A stretch of DNA of 64,000 nucleotides, from the NCBI GenBank assembly GCA_964394405.1, contig CAYMVY010000001.1, positions 233,219 to 297,218 on the forward strand, written 5' to 3'. Shown piece after piece: positions 46,225 to 55,215 of this stretch. A program made the position numbers and the translations under genes. The notes beneath the pieces were generated by a model, which was not told the origin of the DNA, did no database searches, and worked only from the letters and a program-made list of their open reading frames with translations. Position 1 is the stretch's first letter, and each line of letters begins with the position of its first letter. This stretch comes from an uncultured Gammaproteobacteria bacterium (GTDB lineage: Bacteria > Patescibacteriota > Patescibacteriia > Magasanikbacterales > UBA922).

Positions 46225-47964
46225 ATGTCTGATTTCCCTTCAATTAATGACCTCACCCAGAATTCTTCAGGAGTCAGCCCACGAAATATATCAGAAGCCG
46301 GAGAAAAACAAACGAAAACTTTGGGCAAGAAGATGGGGGAGATCAAAGAAAAAGAGCTCGAAATAAAAGCAGCTCGTTTTGCTGCGAGTATTGGGGTACC
46401 ACATATTGATCTGTCCAAATTTCCGGTCACCAATGAAGCTCTAAAGCAGATAACCCGGGAAGAAGTTGAAACCTACGGGGTAGTGTGTTTTTTTGCTAAT
46501 TCAGATGAAGTAAGAATTGGTGCTCTTGATCCCACAAAACCAGATGTTGAGCGAATACTAAAAACAGTCGAAGCGCGAAAGCATGCAACAGGTGCGGTAT
46601 ATGTGATTTCTGAAGTGAGTCTGAAACATATGCTTGAACTCTACGACAAACTTCCCACCATAAAACCCCTAACCAAAGATGTCGAGATAACGGCTGAAAA
46701 TTTGTCACAAGTTCAGGCATCAGTAAACGATTTTAAATCTGTGGCTCAGCTACTCTCACAGGCGACCACGACTGACATGCTTACCGTAATACTCGGAGCT
46801 GCACTCAAGGTCAATGCATCAGATGTACACATTGAAGCAGAACAGGAAAAAATAATAGTAAGATATCGACTCGACGGAATTTTGCACGATGTGTCAGATA
46901 TCTCAAAAGAGGCATACCATAAATTATTATCACGTATAAAATTGTTTTCCTCGCTTAAGATAAATATTACCTCAAAACCACAAGATGGCCGGTTTACCAT
47001 TAAGGGTCCTAGTGGAGATATTGATGTGCGTGTTTCCACAATCCCCACAGTGTTTGGAGAGAGTGTAGTAATGCGTCTCCTAATTCAAGGAACGCAGGGA
47101 ATTAGTCTAGAGGAGCTTGGGTTTAGTGCGGATACACTTGCAGTCTTGAAAGAACAAATCAAGCGTCCTACAGGTATGATTATTACGACTGGTCCGACCG
47201 GATCGGGTAAGTCGACTACACTCTATGCAATACTCCAGATTATCAATGAGCCAGGGGTAAAAATTATAACTCTCGAAGATCCTGTAGAATATCGAGTCGA
47301 AGGAATTAATCAAAGTCAGGTAGATCATAGCAAAGGGTACACATTTGCCTCAGGACTCCGCTCAATTCTTCGCCAAGATCCGGATATTGTAATGGTGGGA
47401 GAAATTCGTGATGAAGAAACAGCTGAAATTGCCGTCCAGGCAGCACTCACGGGTCACCTCATGCTTTCAACACTTCATACCAATTCTGCAGCAGGTTCGA
47501 TCTCTCGTCTATTATCCATGGGGGTCGCTCCGTACCTACTATCCCCGGCGCTTAATTGTGTTATGGGTCAGCGTCTTGTGCGTCGAGTGTGCCCCACGTG
47601 TAGAACAAAGGTAACTATTGATGAATTGGATGAGTCGCTCCGCGAGCGTGTACGAGCAGTGATTGGACAGATGAATACAGAAGATGTGGAGCGAGCTCAG
47701 GGTGGGGATCAAACATTCTTTATTGCTTCTCTCGAAGGGTGCAGTGAGTGCAATGGGATTGGATACAAAGGGAGAGTCGGAATTTGTGAAATGTTTATTG
47801 TGCATGAGGAGATCAAACAATTAATTCTTGCAGGCTCAGTCGGCGAGGGAGATATTGAGAAGATCGCGCGTCAGCGCGGTATGCGGACGATGGTCGAGGA
47901 TGGAGTCCTGAAAGCGATTGAGGGAGTTACCACACTTGAAGAAGTATTTAGAGTAATTGAGTAA
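46225..47964 (+). CDS. pilB: type IV pilus / type II secretion assembly ATPase (PilB/GspE family)
   Basis: N-terminal GSPII_E_N-like region, Walker A TGPTGSGKSTT, Asp and His boxes, C-terminal tetracysteine CPTC...CSEC. Confidence 0.85.
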   Translation: MSDFPSINDLTQNSSGVSPRNISEAGEKQTKTLGKKMGEIKEKELEIKAARFAASIGVPHIDLSKFPVTNEALKQITREEVETYGVVCFFANSDEVRIGALDPTKPDVERILKTVEARKHATGAVYVISEVSLKHMLELYDKLPTIKPLTKDVEITAENLSQVQASVNDFKSVAQLLSQATTTDMLTVILGAALKVNASDVHIEAEQEKIIVRYRLDGILHDVSDISKEAYHKLLSRIKLFSSLKINITSKPQDGRFTIKGPSGDIDVRVSTIPTVFGESVVMRLLIQGTQGISLEELGFSADTLAVLKEQIKRPTGMIITTGPTGSGKSTTLYAILQIINEPGVKIITLEDPVEYRVEGINQSQVDHSKGYTFASGLRSILRQDPDIVMVGEIRDEETAEIAVQAALTGHLMLSTLHTNSAAGSISRLLSMGVAPYLLSPALNCVMGQRLVRRVCPTCRTKVTIDELDESLRERVRAVIGQMNTEDVERAQGGDQTFFIASLEGCSECNGIGYKGRVGICEMFIVHEEIKQLILAGSVGEGDIEKIARQRGMRTMVEDGVLKAIEGVTTLEEVFRVIE

Positions 47965-48038
47965 TCATGCATTTTTGTGTATACTATCAGTTGAACTATT
48001 AATTTTGTATTTTCTTTTTACTTTGATAAGTCCTGTCT

Positions 48039-49178
48039 ATGCCACTTGATGCTACTCCACTCCAATCCGAACAGCCCGTTCGTTTTTACAAATTTATTGC
48101 GCTTACTTTTTTATTTATTACGCTTGCTCTTGTGGGGACGATTATTTTCATGTCCTCAAAACGAGCATCAATCACCATTATCACCAAATCAGAACCACTT
48201 GAGGTGACTGAGACAGTCACGCTTGATGAGAAAGATCCCAAAGCTCCAGTACCTGGATTTGCCACCACAACCATTGTCGAGTATTCAAAGGTTTTTTCTC
48301 CTGAAGGGACGCGAACCGAAGATGCATCAGCAGTGGGCGAGGTTATTCTGGTGAATGAGAGTGATATACCACAATCTCTCATAGCAACTACGCGGGTATT
48401 ATCAAAAGAAGGAGTATTATTCCGTCTTACTAATGGAGTGACTGTTCCAGCAGCTGGGTCAATCAAAGCTGAAGTATATGCTGATGTAAAAGGAGTATCA
48501 GGAAATATTGCGCCTACAACATTCAGTATCCCAGGACTGAGCGCAGACAAGCAAAAAGTAATTTATGCAAAAAGTGAAAATCCTATGAGCGGCGGAGTGC
48601 GAACATTCGGAGTGGTTGCAGTTGCTGATGTGACAAAAGCAGAAAAAATAATGCTCGAAGAGATGAAAGCAAAAGGGTCTAAAACACTTGAGTCAGCGGC
48701 AGATGAGGGGATGACTGGAGTATTTGATGTAGTCCAATATACCTTCGAACCCATTGCAGAAGTCGGAAAAGAGGTTGATTCTTTTACACTCAAAGGCAAG
48801 GCAACGGTAGTTGGTGTCTGGTATGATGCAGCAAAAGCAAAAACATATGCAGAAGAAGTATTGAAGAAACGAGTAGTGGATAATAGTGAAATTCTTTCAT
48901 CAATGGAGCCTGAGCCGAGTATTACACTTGGGGAATATGATTTGCTTGGGAGTACTGCACAACTCACGATTACGCATCGTGGACTCGTAAATATTGATGA
49001 AAACAGTGCTGAATTGCAAAAAGTTAATTTTTTTGGAAAATCAGAGGATGAGGTCAAGCGCTATGTCATGTCTTTGAAGCATGTAGAAGGGGTGGAGATG
49101 GTGTTCAAACCACTCTGGAACCGGAGTGTACCTCGTGTTGCTGATAATGTAGAAGTTATCATTCGGGAAGTTGAGTAG
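48039..49178 (+). CDS. hypothetical bitopic membrane protein downstream of pilB
   Basis: N-terminal TM FIALTFLFITLALVGTIIF, then a 340-aa extracytoplasmic domain. Confidence 0.4.
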   Translation: MPLDATPLQSEQPVRFYKFIALTFLFITLALVGTIIFMSSKRASITIITKSEPLEVTETVTLDEKDPKAPVPGFATTTIVEYSKVFSPEGTRTEDASAVGEVILVNESDIPQSLIATTRVLSKEGVLFRLTNGVTVPAAGSIKAEVYADVKGVSGNIAPTTFSIPGLSADKQKVIYAKSENPMSGGVRTFGVVAVADVTKAEKIMLEEMKAKGSKTLESAADEGMTGVFDVVQYTFEPIAEVGKEVDSFTLKGKATVVGVWYDAAKAKTYAEEVLKKRVVDNSEILSSMEPEPSITLGEYDLLGSTAQLTITHRGLVNIDENSAELQKVNFFGKSEDEVKRYVMSLKHVEGVEMVFKPLWNRSVPRVADNVEVIIREVE

Positions 49179-49180
49179 TC

Positions 49181-49209
49181 TTGACCGCAAATCGTATTTT
49201 CAGTATAGT
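49181..49209 (+). promoter_or_regulatory. promoter TTGACC-17-TATAGT for the thrS leader
   Basis: Read directly, immediately after the stop of the upstream gene. Confidence 0.5.
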
Positions 49210-49215
49210 TTCTCT

Positions 49216-49395
49216 ACTAAAGCGCAATTACGAGAACCTGCCCAGCTCCGACGTTACGTCGGAGCATGGTACCACTCTCGGAGCTTTATACAAATTTGAA
49301 AAAGGTAAATAACGGGTGGAACCGTCCTGACATAACAGTCTAGACCCCGGCGCTATCGAGAGTGAAGTCTCAGGTGCTGGGGTTTTTGTTTAAGT
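49216..49395 (+). promoter_or_regulatory. candidate T-box-like leader upstream of thrS
   Basis: AACGGGTGGAACCGTCC (49311-49327) matches the T-box core GGGTGGNACCG. Terminator CCCCGGCGC..GTGCTGGGG + TTTTTGTTT at 49343-49391. ACC threonine codon present in the upstream hairpin region. Confidence 0.4.
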
Positions 49396-49468
49396 AAAAG
49401 TGCAAAAGGAAAAAGTCAAAAGAAAATTCTCAATCTTTTTACTTTTACCTTTTTACTTTTTACTTGTG
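49395..49468. repeat. repeat element copy F (AAAAGT-unit variant)
   Basis: GTAAAAGTGCAAAAGGAAAAAGTCAAAAG ... TTTTTACTTTTACCTTTTTACTTTTTACTTG. Confidence 0.45.
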
Positions 49469-49473
49469 AATGT

Positions 49474-51219
49474 ATGGAAAAAGAACAACTTGAACATCTA
49501 CGCCATTCCGCTGCACATCTACTTGCTGCAGCAGTGGAAGAATTATACCCACATGCAAAGCGAACGATTGGTCCGGCTATTGAGGATGGGTTTTATTATG
49601 ATTTCGACTTTGGGGTTGAAAAAATTAATGATGAAGATTTGAAGAAAATTGAGAAGCGAATGGGTGAAATCGTCAAACATTGGAAAGAGTTTGAACACCG
49701 AGAAGTGACTGCTGACGAAGCAAAAGAGTTTTTCAAAGACAATGAATATAAGAAAGAATTGATTGAGGAATTCGCAGGCGAGGGCGCAACACTTACGTTC
49801 TATACTGCAGGAAAATTTACTGACTTATGTCGTGGTGGACATAGTGAGAATCCTTCAAAAGAACTCCGCAATTTCAAATTGTTGAGTGTGGCAGGAGCAT
49901 ACTGGAGAGGGGATGAAAAAAATAAAATGTTGACTCGAATTTATGGCACTGCATTTCCTACCAAGGATGAATTGCAGAAATATCTGGAAATGCGAGAAGA
50001 AGCAAAGAAGCGAGATCATCGAAAAATCGGTAAAGACCAGGAATTATTCCTGATTGATGATCGAGTAGGAAAAGGTCTTGTGATGTGGCTCCCAAATGGA
50101 ACCATAATTCGAAATGAGATTGAAAAATTTGCGACTGAAATGGAAGAAGCATATGACTATCAGAGAGTAGTCACCCCGCATATGGCAAAGGAGGATCTGT
50201 ACCTCACTTCAGGACACCTGCCATACTATAAAGAAGGAATGTACCCTGCAATGGTCATGGATGATGGCACCTACTATCTCCGCGCCATGAATTGCCCCCA
50301 TCACCATATCATCTATGGATCAAGTCCTCGCAGTTATCGTGAACTTCCACTTCGACTTGCTGAATATGGCACGGTGTATCGCAATGAATTGTCAGGAACC
50401 CTTGCAGGCCTGCTTCGCGTACGCGGACTTACCATGAATGACGCGCATATCTACTGTACCAAAGAGCAGATCAAAGATGAGTTCAAACGAGTGATGGAAT
50501 TAACCATGAATTATTTCAAGACGTTTGGACTTGAAAATTACTGGTTCCGCCTTTCAAAATGGAGTCCGGAACACAAAGACAAATATATTGATCAACCAGA
50601 AAATTGGGAAATGGCTGAGGCTGTGCTCCGCGATGTATTGACTGAGATGCATGTAACATTTGTGGAGGCTGAAGACGAGGCTGCCTTCTACGGACCAAAA
50701 GTGGATGTACAGTTCAAATCAGTAATAGGTCGCGAGGAAACCATGTCGACCATACAACTCGACTTCCTTGCACGCGAGAGATTCAAATTGAACTATATTG
50801 ATGAAGAAGGAAAAGAAAATAACCAAGTATTTGTCATTCATCGGGCACCTCTGTCGACCCACGAGAGGTTCACTGCATTCCTCATTGAGCATTATGCCGG
50901 AATCTGGCCTACCTGGCTCTCTCCGGTCGCTGTAGCGCTCGTACCAGTGTCTGAGAAGCATGTCGTGGGAGCTGAATCACTTGCGAGAGAATTTCGGGCA
51001 GAGGGAATCAGAGTATCTATTGATAGAGCTGACGAAACAGTAGGGAAGAAAATCAGAAAAGCTGCTCAGAGCAAGGTTCCGTATATGCTGGTCATTGGTG
51101 ACAAAGAACTCGAAGGTGGGGATTTCATGGTCCGTATGCGAGGGGTTGAAGAACAGGTGAGTATTTCAAAGAGTGAGTTTGTCGCGAAGGTGAAGGCTGA
51201 AATTAGAGAGAGGAAGTAA
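49474..51219 (+). CDS. thrS: threonyl-tRNA synthetase (no N-terminal TGS domain)
   Basis: HxxxH editing-domain motif HSAAHLL, class II motifs, zinc site RAMNCPHH, C-terminal anticodon-binding domain. Confidence 0.85.
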   Translation: MEKEQLEHLRHSAAHLLAAAVEELYPHAKRTIGPAIEDGFYYDFDFGVEKINDEDLKKIEKRMGEIVKHWKEFEHREVTADEAKEFFKDNEYKKELIEEFAGEGATLTFYTAGKFTDLCRGGHSENPSKELRNFKLLSVAGAYWRGDEKNKMLTRIYGTAFPTKDELQKYLEMREEAKKRDHRKIGKDQELFLIDDRVGKGLVMWLPNGTIIRNEIEKFATEMEEAYDYQRVVTPHMAKEDLYLTSGHLPYYKEGMYPAMVMDDGTYYLRAMNCPHHHIIYGSSPRSYRELPLRLAEYGTVYRNELSGTLAGLLRVRGLTMNDAHIYCTKEQIKDEFKRVMELTMNYFKTFGLENYWFRLSKWSPEHKDKYIDQPENWEMAEAVLRDVLTEMHVTFVEAEDEAAFYGPKVDVQFKSVIGREETMSTIQLDFLARERFKLNYIDEEGKENNQVFVIHRAPLSTHERFTAFLIEHYAGIWPTWLSPVAVALVPVSEKHVVGAESLAREFRAEGIRVSIDRADETVGKKIRKAAQSKVPYMLVIGDKELEGGDFMVRMRGVEEQVSISKSEFVAKVKAEIRERK

Positions 51220-51236
51220 TAAGACATTTAGAGAAT

Positions 51237-51270
51237 AATAAACAGCCTATCTCTAGGCTGTTTATTATTA
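51237..51270. terminator. bidirectional terminator AACAGCCTA-tctc-TAGGCTGTT between thrS and the convergent transporter
   Basis: Perfect 9-bp stem with AT-rich flanks. Confidence 0.55.
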
Positions 51271-51285
51271 GTAAGATTGTTTGTT

Positions 51286-52245
51286 TTATCCTCGCATCAC
51301 CAGATACCCTACATATCCGACATAGATAAGTACAAACATAAGTCCTTGCCAGCGGTTGAGACGATGCTTGGTGCCAATAAACATAAAGAAGAAGAGAAGA
51401 AGTGTTGCGCCAATATTCACAAGGACATCGATTTGCCCTGCAGGTGATATAGGAAGAGGTAGGATAGATGAGGTGAGTCCAAGTATCCAGAGAATATTGA
51501 AAATATTTGATCCCACGATATTTCCGACTGCGAGATCATCTTGTCCGTGACGAACTGCAATAATTGAGGTTACGAGCTCGGGCAACGAAGTGCCTACTGC
51601 TACAATCGTGAGACCGATAAGTGCCTCGGACATGCCTGCTAATTGCGCAAGTACAATCGCATTGTCGACCAATAATTTTCCACCAAGCACTAGACCAGTG
51701 AGCCCTCCTAAAATAAGGAGAATGGAGATAGGTGTGGAATACAGTTTTACCTCGTCTTTATCTGCATCACCACTCACTTTTGCAATACCGAATGTGTAAT
51801 ACAGGAAGATTGCAAAAATCCCCATGAGCGCAAAACCATCGGTGCGGGTAAGTGCATTGGCGATACCTCCATCGAGAATGCGGTCATGCGACATAGCAAA
51901 TACAAGTAGTACTGCAAGGAGTGCTAATGGAATTTCTTTCCATACGGTATTTTTCTGTACCCGTATAGTGCGTATCATGGCACAGATTCCAAGAATGAGA
52001 AGAATGTTCGCGATATTGCTTCCGATAACGTTTCCAATCGCAATATCAGTCGAGCCTTTGAATGCTGAGAAGAGATTCACCGCAAGCTCGGGGGCAGAAG
52101 TACCAAAGGCAACAATCGTGAGCCCTATGACAATGGGAGCAACTTTGAGACGTTTGGCAATAGACGACGCTCCTCGAACGAGTGATTCACCACCAACAAT
52201 GAGAATACCGAGGCCGACAAGTACGAGAAAAATAGAGAGAATCAT
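51286..52245 (-). CDS. Na+/Ca2+ exchanger family (CaCA/YrbG-like) membrane protein
   Basis: Two alpha-repeat motifs GNVIGSNIANILLILG and GNIVGSNIFNILWILG. 10 TM. Confidence 0.75.
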   Translation of the reverse strand: MILSIFLVLVGLGILIVGGESLVRGASSIAKRLKVAPIVIGLTIVAFGTSAPELAVNLFSAFKGSTDIAIGNVIGSNIANILLILGICAMIRTIRVQKNTVWKEIPLALLAVLLVFAMSHDRILDGGIANALTRTDGFALMGIFAIFLYYTFGIAKVSGDADKDEVKLYSTPISILLILGGLTGLVLGGKLLVDNAIVLAQLAGMSEALIGLTIVAVGTSLPELVTSIIAVRHGQDDLAVGNIVGSNIFNILWILGLTSSILPLPISPAGQIDVLVNIGATLLLFFFMFIGTKHRLNRWQGLMFVLIYVGYVGYLVMRG

Positions 52246-52307
52246 ACCATGTATGTATTAGAATATTGCACTAGTATAGAGATAAAATTGATTTTTTACA
52301 AGATAGT

Positions 52308-52351
52308 GGTTAGAACAAAAAACCATGCTTCATCAGCATGGTTTTTTGTTT
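52308..52351. repeat. direct repeat 1 (hairpin-containing) flanking the GC-rich cassette
   Basis: GGTTAGAACAAAAAACCATGCTtcatcAGCATGGTTTTTTGTTT. 22+13 nt identical to 53069-53114. Confidence 0.7.
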
Positions 52352-52423
52352 GTTCGTAGGGTTGACAAAATGGATATTTTGTAGTAGCGTGCGTCTAACG
52401 CATGGGACTATAAGGAGGTATAT

Positions 52424-52939
52424 ATGCGTACGTCTGTTCAGAAACGAACGATCGCTCTCTCAATCGCTACGACTGTCGCGGTGATGATGGGGGTGCTCTT
52501 GGGCAACTTCATCCTGTGGAGTCTGGTCGCTAAAGGCGACCCGAAGTACCTGTTGCGCGATTCGTTCAATCCGATTCTCGCACTGGGCTTCTTCTCCTGC
52601 GGAATGTTCTTCTTCGACCGAGTGATCGGCAAGGGGAATCCTACGCGTTCAGCACTTGGTGCGCTGTGTGCCATCATACTGATGGGGATCTGGCTGACCG
52701 TCACTATGCAGGTAGTGTCACATGAGCTGAACGAAGTGGTCGGGGCAGTCGCTATGATCACTGGGCTGTTCACGGTGGTCAACTTCGCCTTCGTGTACTA
52801 CCTCGGGAAAATATACGGGGAAGAATATCGGCGACAGGTCAAGGATCAGCAGGACGAGCGCGTGCGACGAGCGAAGCTCCAGAAAGAGGGGGCTAAGCCG
52901 CAGTCATCGGCCATGATCTTCGAGGATGGTCGCGGCTGA
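52424..52939 (+). CDS. GC-rich 4-TM membrane protein (compositional outlier)
   Basis: AGGAGG Shine-Dalgarno 6 nt upstream. 171 aa. Coding DNA visibly GC-rich versus its flanks. Bracketed by direct repeats. Confidence 0.55.
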   Translation: MRTSVQKRTIALSIATTVAVMMGVLLGNFILWSLVAKGDPKYLLRDSFNPILALGFFSCGMFFFDRVIGKGNPTRSALGALCAIILMGIWLTVTMQVVSHELNEVVGAVAMITGLFTVVNFAFVYYLGKIYGEEYRRQVKDQQDERVRRAKLQKEGAKPQSSAMIFEDGRG

Positions 52940-53068
52940 CATTTGGACGAGCTTAATGTCTAGAAAAATGTAGCTCGGAACCAGAAGCAGAATTCGCCGG
53001 CGGAAGTCGGTAGTGCGCCCCACACTCAAAAAGGGGCATGCTAAACATGTTTGTAAATTTTGCAAATA

Positions 53069-53114
53069 GGTTAGAACAAAAAACCATGCTGATGAAGAAT
53101 GGTTTTTTGTTTAT
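53069..53114. repeat. direct repeat 2 flanking the GC-rich cassette
   Basis: GGTTAGAACAAAAAACCATGCTgatgaagaATGGTTTTTTGTTT. Its loop is the reverse complement of the repeat-1 loop. Confidence 0.7.
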
Positions 53115-53122
53115 ACAAATTT

Positions 53123-54442
53123 TTATGCAAGGCTAAGCACACACAACCCCTCAATATGTGGTGTTCGTGGAAAGAAATTGTAGAGTCGAGAAAAAGAAAT
53201 ATTGTAGGTAGGATGAAGAAGCGAAATATCTCGTGCTTGAGTAGAAAGATCACATGACAAATAAATAATAGTCTTTGGTTTTGCTTCAAGAATTTTTTCC
53301 ACTACCCGATGATGGAGTCCTACACGAGGCGGGTCGAGAATGACGATCGAGTCTGGTGTGATGAGTGAGAGAATATCTTCAGTTGGTTTGCAGATTGCTG
53401 TCGCATTTTTTATCTTATTCAATTCAATATTCTCTGTCGCATATTGAATTGCTTCAGTATTATTATCCACGAGCGTTAATTCTTTTGCACGTGCGTGAAC
53501 TGGTAGTCCGATTGACCCGACTCCAGAATAGAGATCGAGTAGATTAGATTTTTTTGGAATATATTCGTAGATGTCATCAAGAGCACGCTCAAACACTGGC
53601 AAATGTACTTGGAAAAAACTAAGCAGACCAACTTTGAATTCAATATCTCGGAGTGTGATGATAATATAGTCCTGTCCCTTGGTATAGAGCGTATCAGTAG
53701 GGACAGAAGCAGGGGATTTGTGGGTAGAGTAGTAGAGTTGGAACCCAATCATCTGGTCATTGAGTTCTGGATAATCCGGAAATTTCAATCGGTCTTTGAT
53801 AAATAATGCAGCAATAGTTTTTCCATTGCCATCACTCCGGACCATGAGACTCTTCAGGCTTCGCATAGGAATCTGGTGCTTCCTGACCCAGGCAAGAATG
53901 TATGCAGAAGTTTCATTGATTGCACTGTCCGCAAGCTCAGAGCCTTCTACGGCAAATCGGACTTTCTTGCCACGCTCAAAAAACCCAAGACACGTGCGTC
54001 CAGTCTTATCGACAGCAAAACTAAATTCCATCTTGTTTCGATAGCTGTAATATTTTTCTGGATCAAATACGAGTTCTGGAGAAATGTCGGCAAAAGCTTC
54101 TTTGCCAATACGTTTGTATACTTCAATCGCGATCTCTTTTTTCCATTCATTTTCTTTTTCATAGCTCATGATCTGCCACGGACTAGTCGAGAGAAAATGC
54201 GCGTCTTTTGGCTCCACTCGAAAGGGAGAAGGGGTGATGATTTTGGTCGCAACTGCTTCGATATATTCTTTCTTCTTTTTCAATATTTCAATTTCAACCG
54301 TCTCACCAGGAAGTGCATTCCAGACAAAATAGACCTTGCTTGCCGGCCGTACCCCGAGCGGAGTCGAGGGGGAAGGCTGGCCGTCTACTCGAGCAAATCC
54401 TTGTCCGCCGAAGATGAGTTTTTCAATCGTAATTTGTTGCAT
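53123..54442 (-). CDS. SAM-dependent RNA (uracil-C5)-methyltransferase, TrmA/RlmD family with N-terminal TRAM domain
   Basis: TRAM-like N-terminus (KLIFGGQGFARVDG), SAM-binding LLDLYSGVGSIG, catalytic DPPRVGLH. Confidence 0.7.
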   Translation of the reverse strand: MQQITIEKLIFGGQGFARVDGQPSPSTPLGVRPASKVYFVWNALPGETVEIEILKKKKEYIEAVATKIITPSPFRVEPKDAHFLSTSPWQIMSYEKENEWKKEIAIEVYKRIGKEAFADISPELVFDPEKYYSYRNKMEFSFAVDKTGRTCLGFFERGKKVRFAVEGSELADSAINETSAYILAWVRKHQIPMRSLKSLMVRSDGNGKTIAALFIKDRLKFPDYPELNDQMIGFQLYYSTHKSPASVPTDTLYTKGQDYIIITLRDIEFKVGLLSFFQVHLPVFERALDDIYEYIPKKSNLLDLYSGVGSIGLPVHARAKELTLVDNNTEAIQYATENIELNKIKNATAICKPTEDILSLITPDSIVILDPPRVGLHHRVVEKILEAKPKTIIYLSCDLSTQARDISLLHPTYNISFSRLYNFFPRTPHIEGLCVLSLA

Positions 54443-54453
54443 ATTTTTTTGTA

Positions 54454-54506
54454 CGTCATCCCCGTGAAAACGGGGATCTTAGATTCCCGCTTCCGCGGGA
54501 ATGACG
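54454..54506. other. compact structured element: outer stem CGTCAT/ATGACG enclosing two 6-bp hairpins (GNRA GAAA loop; TTCC loop)
   Basis: CGTCAT CCCCGT-GAAA-ACGGGG ATCTTAGAT TCCCGC-TTCC-GCGGGA ATGACG read directly. Lies in the 78-nt gap between nth and the methyltransferase gene. Confidence 0.45.
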
Positions 54507-54520
54507 CAGAGGGGCTAAAG

Positions 54521-55159
54521 TTAATACAATTCTTTCTTTTTTAATATCTGCACAATCGGGCAGTCTACATGTTTACACCGTGCAGGACAATATTTCCGTC
54601 CATATTCAATCATCCGATTCGTCAACTGAAACCACTCACTCTTCGGAAACAATTTTTTCAAATCTTTCTCAATTTTTTCAGGAGTGCTTTGTTTCGTTAG
54701 CTTGAAAACTTTTGATAATCGCTGTACATGCGTATCGACTGCAATCCCTTCAACAATATTATGCGCATTTCCGAGGACTACAATCGCAGTTTTACGTCCG
54801 ACTCCAGGGAAAGACATCATTTCCTCAACTGTTTTTGGTAGCTTTCCTTTGAAATCCAGATGAAGCTTCCGGGCAGTTGCGAGTATGTGTTTTGCCTTGG
54901 TTTTGTAATAATTTATAGACGAAACATCCTTGGTAAAAACCGCATCTTTTGCTTCGATGTAATGCGTGAGCTTTGGATATTTTTTAAACAGTGCTTTTGT
55001 AACCACATTCACCTGTTTATCAGTTGTTTGAGCTGATAACATGACTGCAAATAGTAATTCAACATGATTCCCAAACTCTAATATAGTTTTTGACTCAGGG
55101 AAAAGCTTTTTGAGTTCTCGCAAAACTATATTCGCGCGCTGGCGGTATAGGGGGTCCAT
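54521..55159 (-). CDS. nth: endonuclease III
   Basis: HhH-GPD motif plus 4Fe-4S cluster loop CPARCKHVDCP at the C-terminus. Confidence 0.85.
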   Translation of the reverse strand: MDPLYRQRANIVLRELKKLFPESKTILEFGNHVELLFAVMLSAQTTDKQVNVVTKALFKKYPKLTHYIEAKDAVFTKDVSSINYYKTKAKHILATARKLHLDFKGKLPKTVEEMMSFPGVGRKTAIVVLGNAHNIVEGIAVDTHVQRLSKVFKLTKQSTPEKIEKDLKKLFPKSEWFQLTNRMIEYGRKYCPARCKHVDCPIVQILKKKELY

Positions 55160-55215
55160 AGTTGATTTATCATAACAGTTCTCCTATACTACAGACAGAA
55201 ATCTTAAAAAGCAAG

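Noticed and set aside
53876-54544. 222-aa plus-strand ORF
   Set aside because: Antisense to the RNA methyltransferase gene and spanning the structured intergenic element; no coding signal.
55162-55215. ATG 55162 as the VIT-family gene start
   Set aside because: It would place divergent start codons of nth and this gene 2 nt apart with no promoter space. The internal Met at 55216 is preferred.
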